NCBI GenBank assembly: GCA_964016885.1
Contig: OZ024744.1
Location: 48,670,001 to 48,734,000 of the forward strand
Source: Eledone cirrhosa
Lineage: Eukaryota
DNA length: 64,000 bases
Direction: 5' to 3'
In this document: piece by piece, positions 54,330 to 64,000 of the stretch
Position numbering within the stretch: the stretch's first letter is position 1
Layout: each line of letters starts with the position of its first letter
Notes under the pieces: model-generated
Database searches by the model: none
Told to the model about the DNA's origin: nothing
Seen by the model: the letters and a program-made list of their open reading frames with translations, nothing else
Translations under genes and position numbers: made by a program

Positions 54330-55612
54330 TAACTAAGTATGTTCGGATGATATTCATTGAAATCATCTTATAAAGATTTGCTACAAACAACGTGGCTGGA
54401 CACAACTACACTGGCGAAGAATAAGACAAAAACAACTACAAGAAAGGTAAACAGAATCGTTTTAGTTGTAGTTACAGAAGGAACCAACGCTATAAATTGC
54501 ATTCCTTTTTTTTCTTTCTTTTTAGTTACGAACTCAAGAACTATTTAATTGTTACAAAATAGGAAGAAAAGTTCCTCTGTTGGCTCTATGAACAGAATGA
54601 AGCTACACTGAGATGAACTTCACCCAGAGTTAAATTATTTCACAGCCAAACAATTACGCCAACCAGAAGCAACGTTTGTCGAAGGTAAAAATAAAAAAAC
54701 ATTATTCAAAGCAATAATTAGTGTAATTTCATTTCCTAAAGTGTGAAACCTCTACAAATAATAACACTAAGTGGACATTCTCCTAGACCAGACTTGCAAT
54801 CAACACGTGTCGCAACAGACAGTCCTGCTACTACATTACCTCGCAGTCAGACTGACCATCAACATCAAACAACAATATAAGATCATTCTTTTAAAACAGA
54901 CCTACTGGAAACAAATTTGACACTATGTCACGACAGACTTTATCCCGATTGCAGTCACGTTGACCACCTACATCAAAATGCCGTCAACTATAAGAAGAGT
55001 ACCATTAGCTGGGAAAGCGAAGATTACAAACAATTGAAATGTATCTTTAGTGAAACGTTTCAAGAAGAAGTTTATTTGTGTTTAGAACTGTCGTTTAAAG
55101 AGACACAACACTTGACAATATTTAAAAAAATACCGAATAAAGGAACTTTACGCGCTCTCAATAAAAGTGAATATTTACAGCAGATTAATGTCCCTATATT
55201 TTGGCAAAGTAATGCTTGTCTATATGCCATAGCAACGACTGTAAAGCATTATTTGGATGATACTAGTGATGTAACCAGAGACAGATTAGCAACAACAACA
55301 AAAATGCCATCATATATTTCTAAAATAAATAAAGATGGTTGATCTACAAAAATCTATCGGTCATGTAGCAATGTTTATCCCAAGTAAACAAAAATAAAAA
55401 CACACTCTTCACTAACAAAGAATGAAATATAAAATAGAAACTATGAAACTATGTTTGGGGACAGTAAAAAAAAACCCTTGAATACAAATCAATCACCCTC
55501 AAACAAGATTTAAGTGTCATCAGTGAGGATCCTTGGTACCAGAAAAGAAAAGCTGAAAGAAGAATGGTTAATGAGAAATTCGATCGAAATCAATCATCAG
55601 TTTATAAAGATG
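54330..55612 (+). mobile_element. R4/Dong-type LINE N-terminal ORF remnant
   Basis: MNRMKLH*DELHPELNYFTAKQLRQ..; IATTVKHYLDD..KMPSYISKI; homologous to 61700-61969 and 63928-64000 (minus strand). Confidence 0.65.
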
Positions 55613-55737
55613 TAACGAAATTATCCCTGGGTTAAATTTGCTGTGATACAAAATTGTGACGTATCAGCGTATTTTGTATAATATGCCATATTGATCAACT
55701 CAGACGAACATAACTCTGATGACATCTAGGTGTATAT

Positions 55738-55903
55738 AGCCAACACACTCAACACCAGGCTCTCTTCAACTGGACAACTACAACCAAGCCATGTCACCAG
55801 GTTAGTAAACCTCCCAGACTAAGCCAACGCACTCAACACCAAGCTCTCTTCAAATGGACAGCTACAACCAAGCCATGTCACCAGGTTAGTAAATCTGCCA
55901 GAC
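55738..55903. repeat. 84-bp tandem duplication
   Basis: AGCCAAC.CACTCAACACCA.GCTCTCTTCAA at 55738 and 55822. Confidence 0.9.
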
Positions 55904-56386
55904 ATCAAGGCGATATCTTTTCTCCAGCATTCTCTTTACATTCATACATTCGCTCTGTGTGTCTGTAATGCAGTCAGCTTGCAAATGCCACCACATCTAA
56001 ATGCACGTACACCTCCACTCCACAAATAGTCTCTATCACCTCCATATTTCATCAGTGTATAAAGAAAACATACTAGTTTTAAAGTTGTGCATATTTGTTG
56101 TTGTTGTCGTCGTTCTTCTTCTTCTTCTTCTTCTTCTTCTCAAATACGGGGAAATTCGTATTTTCTGGCATATTTCCTTATTATTGTTTGGATGATATAC
56201 ATACCGTCCGTGCTAGGATTAAAAGTGTTTATCATTTTTTTCCAGTTTTTTGGTGAATTTCATATTTTCTGGCTTGTTTACATGCCTACATATTAAATAT
56301 GTGAATATGTGTATATTTAATATGTTTCAGTTACCCACTCTGTATATATACAAAATTAACTTTATCATACAGTTCAACTGTAAGTG

Positions 56387-56435
<49 letters not shown>

Positions 56436-56511
56436 CGAAGGAAGTGTGGTAAGGGACCAGGTGGACCATAACGCACCAGAGTACTCAATACTTAGGGTAG
56501 TAGAGAGAGTA

Positions 56512-56636
56512 ATAGGAAAATGTTCAAGACCCCGACGGCAGAGCTCAAGCCGTTTCGACGACTATTTCTGGACTAGTCAAGAAAAAGCCGTCGAGACGGG
56601 TTGAGCTCTGTCATCGGGGTCTTGAACATTTCCTAT
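56512..56636. repeat. Spacer-less imperfect palindrome centred on GACTAGTC
   Basis: Arms of about 62 bp are reverse-complementary with several mismatches. Confidence 0.9.
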
Positions 56637-56689
56637 ATATATATAAAATGTAAGTATGCATAACGTACACACATATATATATATATATG

Positions 56690-57296
56690 GTGGCTGCCAA
56701 CTCGTTTTCGAGTACGGCCACTACTTTATATCCATGTAGGAGAACCCCTACCGATGCGCTGAACGAGTGTGACTTTTTAGTCCAGCCAGCGACTTGAAAA
56801 CTCTGGTACAAACACTACACTTGTGACAATTACTGACACATAGTGCTGGGCCCATGGTACCATGTGACGACAAGTGCAGAGAGATCTCCAGATATAAAGC
56901 AATGCCTGTGCCGTGAAGCTTTTATAGTGAGCAAAGGCACTGCACAAAGCCAGTCCCACTCTCTTAACCAAGATGATATTTACCAAAAAGAAGAACAAGT
57001 CAACATCATTGGATACCATCAGGGTTGCAGGTGTTATATCAGAGTTTTCCTTCTCCTAGAATTCTGCCTTGACAAAGGCTAAGGGGTCATCTCTCCCGGT
57101 GATTTTGGATGGCCATTGACTCTTAAGAGCTCCTTTGCCCTTTGACAGGTTTTGTTTTTAGTCCTGCAGGATGTCCAAAGTCACCCTCCTCACCAAGAAA
57201 CCTTGGTGGGGTTGCCAGTTTAGTCGCCAACGACCCGACCATGGGACAGGTTGTACTGGGATACATGTTACCAGTAGCACCAACTGGTGACCTGAC
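56690..57296 (-). mobile_element. Probable RTE LINE 5'UTR/ORF-start fragment
   Basis: CTAGGAGAAGGAAAACTCTGA motif, recalled from RTE 5'UTRs; GC-rich structured 5' end. Confidence 0.5.
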
Positions 57297-57460
57297 ATAT
57301 ATATATATACACACATATATATACACACACATATATACATATTCATATGGGTTATGTCGAATATTAATAATAATATTCGATATGTTTTTAAACAAAACAG
57401 CTCGATTAAAGCTGTGCCGATGACAAATCATCATCCGTTTGTTCAACACTGTCATTGAAG

Positions 57461-57505
57461 AACAATCAACATGTTTCGGGATCATTGCCCTTCATCAGGA
57501 CTGTC
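57461..57505 (-). ncRNA. Candidate minimal type-I hammerhead ribozyme
   Basis: GACAGUC-CUGAUGA-A-GGG(CAAUGAU)CCC-GAA-ACAUGU-U-GAUUGUU. Confidence 0.65.
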
Positions 57506-57804
57506 AATCTGTCGAACGGTTGAAAATATATAGTATTTTCTTAAGTATATATCAGCTGAGTAGGCCTTATTTGCATTGCCAGCGAGTTATGGCTGGCCAT
57601 GCTGAAAACTAGAAATAAAATTAGAATTTTATTTCTCGCCCTAGCACAGCTGATACATAAATGTAAGTATGCACAGACACACACACATACATATATATAT
57701 ATACATATATATATATACATACACACACACACACATACATATATATATATACATATATACATATATATACACACACATATATACATATGGGATATATCAA
57801 ATAA

Positions 57805-57925
57805 TAATTGTTTTTACTTTAGGCACAAGGCCAGCAATTAACCAGTACATTACTGGTACTTTATTCTATCGACCTCGTAAGGATGAAAGGCAAAGTTAAC
57901 CTCGGCGGGATTTGGACTCAGACTG
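57805..57925 (-). mobile_element. SINE family A, 5'-truncated
   Basis: Matches family A. Confidence 0.8.
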
Positions 57926-58226
57926 TAATTCGTTTTTAAACAAACGGCCCGATTATCATCATGATCATCATCATTTCCGTTTAGCATCAATTCTTCTATG
58001 CTAGCATGGGTTAGAGACGTCGTCCATACTGGGAAGCAAGTCTGGCTATGGTTAGCCATGTCGCAACTTGCTCTAGCGAGGACTATAAATTTGGTGGGGT
58101 ATTTTACAGCTGGATGTCCATCCTAACACCAACCATATGTACAGTGTAGGACTGTATGACTCCGTCATGAGAAGGGATAGGCCAGTTGGCCACGCCAAAC
58201 CCGTTTCACAATGTAAACACAGTTTT

Positions 58227-58511
58227 GGTGCCTGACCCATCTCACAGCGAAACCATAGTTTAGGAGCCCGGTACTGGGAGGCACCCATACGAGGAGCCTG
58301 ACCCATCTCACAGCGAAACTATAGTTTAGGAGCCCGGTACTGGGAGGCACCCATACGAGGTGCCTGACCCATCTCACAGCGAAACTATAGTTTAGGAGCC
58401 CGGTACTGGGAGGCACCCATACGATGTGCCGGACCCATCTCACAGCGAAACTATAGTTTAGGAGCCCGGTACTGGGAGGCACCCATACGAGGTGCCTGAC
58501 CCATCTCACAG
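58227..58511. repeat. GC-rich 66-bp minisatellite x4.3
   Basis: CC(T/G)GACCCATCTCACAG at 58231, 58297, 58363, 58429 and 58495. Confidence 0.95.
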
Positions 58512-58640
58512 TAAAGCCATGAAATAAAGTGTTTTTTTTTTTTTATTCCACACAGTTAGAAAATAAGTTGAAAATGCATTTTAGGACTTTGAGTCTTTTT
58601 TAGAATAATTCCCTTTGCTGGTTTCATGATTTTTTTTTAG

Positions 58641-58769
58641 CAAGAATCCAGACACGATAAGTTATGGCGGGTGCTGGCTGCTATTTCTAGCAAATGTAGG
58701 GTCTCTTGAAGATTCGACAGCTTCACAGAATTGGTGCAACAATGTTGCAAAACAGTCGATGAAACTGCA
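58641..58769 (+). CDS. Candidate 129-nt internal exon of an unidentified host gene
   Basis: TTTTTTTTAG acceptor, GTAAGG donor, length divisible by 3, open frame KNPDTISYGGCWLLFLANVGSLEDSTASQNWCNNVAKQSMKL; no homology recognised. Confidence 0.3.
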
Positions 58770-58889
58770 GTAAGGATTTTGAATAAAAAATAGGTAATTA
58801 TTTGTCTATTCTTTCCTTGCATTTATAATTTGATTTATACACACACATATACACACACATACATATAAATATATATACACACGCACACA

Positions 58890-59020
<131 letters not shown>

Positions 59021-59299
59021 TCTTCTAGTTTTTATAATTTCACAAACTTTTGCCAATACAGAAAGAGAGTTTCTAACATAGTTACAAGACTGTCATTGGA
59101 ATTTACACATCAACTAGGTAGATATGTATGTCTGCATGCATACATGTGTAGGTATGGATGTTATTGTATGTGTGGATGTGGATGTTTTGAGTTGTATGTG
59201 TGCATGCGCATACACATTTTATCTGTACATGTGTATAAGCAGTTATTAGATGCAAAACCTTTTACATATTTTTACTGTTCCATTAATGGATTGTACTTG

Positions 59300-61969
59300 T
59301 AATTTCCTAACTAGTTGTGTTCTTTCTGTTCCTGTGAAGCCCAGCTTCTCAAGATTTGTATTGATGCAGTTACTAACATATCCCAGCGTCCCAATAATCA
59401 CAGGTATAAATCTGAAGGTATAGTCTAGTCAGAATGGAGTATCTGCAGATTATTCATTAGTTCTACTAATTCACCTTTTCGCTAAACTTTGATATTATAT
59501 TGGCATTTGCTGGGCAGCTAACTTCCACTTACTCCTTTTCCCTGTCCCATATCATAATATCTGGTCTGTTATGCCTGCATTTTATTGGGGTTTTTACTGG
59601 AACATTCCACCAGTACTCTTTCATATTATGTATATGTATGTCTTCCACATTGCTGTAGCTTTTAATGTGTTATTATGGGGCTATCTTTTCTACGGATTGC
59701 ATTGTTGAGTGTTTTGGCCACCACATCATGCCTCATAGGTAGATAGTACCACGATGACATCTGCTTATGACATGGGTGACATCTTCGATGTTAATTCTGC
59801 AGAGTCTGCACTTATCACATCTAGGTGTTTTGCCTGCATCCCTATCTCTTTTGTGAATCAGGTATTTCGCTTTGATTTCCTGTTCTTGGATTGCAAAAGC
59901 GTATCCTTCAAAGTGGGAGCCAATATAGCGGTTGTTGGTCCAAGATAGACTACTTTCTTTATCTATATTACTCTCACTCTGGAGCTTCCCGGCAACATAT
60001 CCATGCATGATATTTTGCTGATAGGCATGCAGTTTTTTATCCATGGATTCACTGCGGTACTGCTGAGCGACTTCCCTGGATGTGAGTTTTTGATTATCAC
60101 ACAGGGAATACCTCTTGAGGAGTTCCTTCCCAACTCCCATGATATTATCTGTTTCATGCAGATAGACTTGCTCGAGAGACGGGCTCCTACGCTTTGAGGT
60201 TCGTAGATGTTGTCGGAGGGATATGATGCGACATTCAAATGCTGTCTGGACTGATGTTAGGCTTCTGCCTCCCTGCTTACGTTTCAAGTAAAGGCGTTAT
60301 ATATCAGTGTTGATGTGGAAGTTTCCAGTGTTATTTAGCATTTTTCGAGTTCTAACATCAATTGCTCGGATTTTGTCTATCGTCTAATTGAGTATTCCAA
60401 ACGTTGGTGTTAGGACAGGCACAGCAAACACATTGTGAGCCACTGTTTTGTTTTGCGCAGAGAGTTCCGATGACCATATCTTTCTTAATCGGATGTAGTA
60501 TTCCCTGGTTACGCGTTCCTTATTACAGATACCATTATAGGATATGTTCTCATCTATCCCCAGGTATCTGTAGCAGTCCTCATCAGATATTGGTGAAACA
60601 GTTAGGCCATTGATACAAATGTTGCTAGATTGGGTTGTTGTTTTTCTCCGCTTTACAGTCATATACAAGCATTTATCTTGGTCAAACTCCATTCCTATAT
60701 CCTTTGAGAATGTTGTAACCAAGTCAAGACTTTTCTTCATCCCATCCATGTTCTTGGCATAGAGTTTCAGATCGTCCACAAAGAAATTATGGGTTAGGTT
60801 CGTATTTATGTCCTCCTGTGAGACAATGATGTATCCTTCACATTTCTTGAGCAGAAAGGACAAGGGGTTTAATGACAGGATGAATAATATCACTGAGAGA
60901 CTTCTCCCTGAAATATACCCCTGTGATATTCTATTTTATCAGTGAAAATAGAGTCCTCTTTCTCTGTCTTTAACTTTAGAATAGTAGCCCAATAAGAAGA
61001 CAGTTTCTCTATGTCTCTGATAATAATGTCTGGGACTTTAGCAAGTCGGAGGGCGTCTATCATACAAGAGTGGGGAACAGAATCGAAAGCTGTTCTATAG
61101 TCCAGCCAGACTGTAGTCATATTCCTCCTAAGTTGTCTCGCACTTCTGTCAACGCAGTTTTGTTGATTAGGAGTTGTTCAGCAAACCCCTTTCTTTCCAG
61201 CTGCTTGTTCATCTGTGATTATGTTATTATTTTCACAGTGATCTTGGAGGAATCTTATACATCAGGTTCTGGCATGCAATGGGTCGGTAGTTTTTTGCCA
61301 GGTGGGTGTCTTTGTTCTTGGGGATCAGTAATGTGTGTGCTAATGTCAACCATTCTGGTATAAGTGTATCTCCCTTAAGAACTTGTTGGTAGAGGTCGGT
61401 AAGATACCTCCGATAGAATATTAGTTTTTTGTACCAGTAGCCGACAATCATGTCTCTTCCTGGTGTTTTCTTATCTTGGAGTCTTCCTATCACAGTCTCA
61501 GGGGTACCCTCACTTATTTCGTATGTTTTTGTTGTAGTGTAGGATAATAGTTCTTTTGGATTTCTATTAGCCACACTGTATCTGGGTTGAAATTCTTCTT
61601 TTCACCCCATATTTTTCTCCAAAAGGAATCGATGTCTTTCTGGGATGGAGCCTCGGTGACACTTATTATTTTGCCCTTCCTATCTCTATAGACTGATGTT
61701 TGGTTTCGTCTGAATCTCTTATTAAGCACTTTTCTCTTATCTACAGGTATCGGCGTTTTTCGCTCACAGCTCTCAATTCTTGTTTGAGGGTGATCAGTTT
61801 ATACTGAAGAGTTTTGGTTCTACTGTTACGAAACATCGTCTCTATTTTATTTTTCACTCTTTGTTGGTGAGGAGTGAAGTCTTTTTGTGTTTGTTTGCAT
61901 GTAAGGAGCATTGTCACATATCCAATGGTTTTCGTAGGTCAGCAATCTTTTTTCTATTTCAGTTATATA
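59300..61969 (-). mobile_element. R4/Dong-clade non-LTR retrotransposon (RT, CCHC knuckle, REL endonuclease), frameshifted
   Basis: KNYRPIACQNLMYKI; WLDYRTAFDSVPH; RGIFQG; THNFFVDDLKLYA; YRYLGI; CRLCRINIEDVTHVISRC; HNRPDIMIWD; FIPVIIGTLGYV. Confidence 0.9.
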
Positions 61970-62990
<1,021 letters not shown>

Positions 62991-62993
62991 TGA

Positions 62994-63873
62994 CTAGCAG
63001 TGGTACCCGGCGTTGCACGGGATAAGGTATTTTGGTACGCGGGCCGCCAACAGACCTAATCGTGGAAAAACTGCACGCCTAGACAATATGTAAAGAAAAT
63101 AAACCGAATACTCTGATGGCTGGATAATCTTTTTGATTTTCCTCGATGAAAAAGGAAAAAGCAAGTTTTCACCTAATGCGGGCTCTAGGGGATCAAGAAA
63201 ATGAATTTTTTTATGTGCATAATATGCCTTGAAATTTCGGGAAAATCGGCTAGACGTAACGCCTCAAAAAAGCCCTAAAAAGCTGAAAAAATGAAGTGTT
63301 TCACTTAATGCGGGCCCTAGGCCATATAAAAGTTGAATTTTCTTTGCTCACGGTATGAAGAAGAGACTGACTAATGCATAGTTACAATTTCAAGGAAATC
63401 AGTCTGACGTAACGCCTCAAAAAACCCCTAAAAACCCGAAAAAACGCAGTTTTTCACCTAATGTGGGCCCTAGGGGATCAAAAAGTTGAATATTTTTATG
63501 TGCATAACACTCCCTGAAACATAAGTAATACACATGTAAAGTCGGTTGGGTACCTCTCGAGTTTTAGGGATTCAAACTCACAGACACACACACACACACA
63601 GACAGACATCCTCAAGGAAGTGACGTAATGCAGACAGTCAGACATACAGACAGATATTATAAGGGCGCGACGTTATATGTATGTATCTATCTAAAAAGAG
63701 AAAGACTAAGAATTATAGAGAGAGATCGCTAAATCGCCTAATGCGGTCCCTAAGGCATTGAAAATTTGAAATTTTATTTGCTCAGATCACTCTCTGAAAC
63801 ATAAGTATTACTTGTGTAAAGTTTGAAAACAGTCGGTTGGGTGCTTCTCGAGTTTTAGGGATTCAAACTCACT

Positions 63874-63905
<32 letters not shown>

Positions 63906-63927
63906 TTCTCAGTTTTATATATATAGA
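62994..63927 (-). mobile_element. Non-autonomous Helitron H2 with internal ~130-150-bp repeats
   Basis: 5' TCTATATATATAAAACTGAGAATGTC at 63927; 3' CCCGTGCAACGCCGGG hairpin and CTAG at 62997-62994; CTAATG.GG.C.CTA.G units at about 63170, 63305, 63457 and 63737. Confidence 0.85.
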
Positions 63928-64000
63928 TGGTATTTTTGGTGGTGTTTTGTTGTTAATATCTCTGCTATCACCAAGATAATGCTTCACTGTCATTGCTAAG
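63928..64000 (-). mobile_element. Continuation of the R4/Dong LINE upstream of the Helitrons
   Basis: LAMTVKHYLGDSRDINNKTPPKIP matches the copy at 55228-55310. Confidence 0.8.

Noticed and set aside
58165-58509. 22-aa repeat protein ORF or CRISPR array
   Set aside because: Explained by a 66-bp minisatellite; no spacers and no exon signals

Overview
AT-rich, repeat-dense eukaryotic (animal) genomic DNA. The SINE/LINE repertoire and microsatellite load resemble a coleoid cephalopod (octopus-like) genome, but this is inference from recalled repeat families, not a database result. Almost all ORFs in the supplied track are artefacts of (TA)n, (CA)n, (ATATA)n, (TAG)n, (GGT)n and (CAT)n tracts. No complete host gene is evident; two or three weak exon candidates are flagged. 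The recognisable content is transposon debris: two tRNA-derived SINE families (about 30 copies), many RTE LINE fragments, R4/Dong-, CRE-, CR1- and L1/Tx1-type LINE fragments, Penelope-like element (PLE) GIY-YIG remnants, and three Helitrons. The most notable signals are: (i) five well-formed and several decayed minimal type-I hammerhead-ribozyme motifs (CUGAUGA-stem II-GAAA-short, mostly palindromic stem III-NUH), several inside long inverted repeats or downstream of PLE endonuclease remnants; (ii) two Helitrons inserted 3 nt apart in a LINE, whose removal restores the local LINE reading frame; (iii) fold-back palindromes centred on (TA)n; and (iv) in-window evidence that one SINE family takes its 3' end from an RTE LINE. 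Element boundaries were read by eye and are approximate unless exact motifs are quoted.
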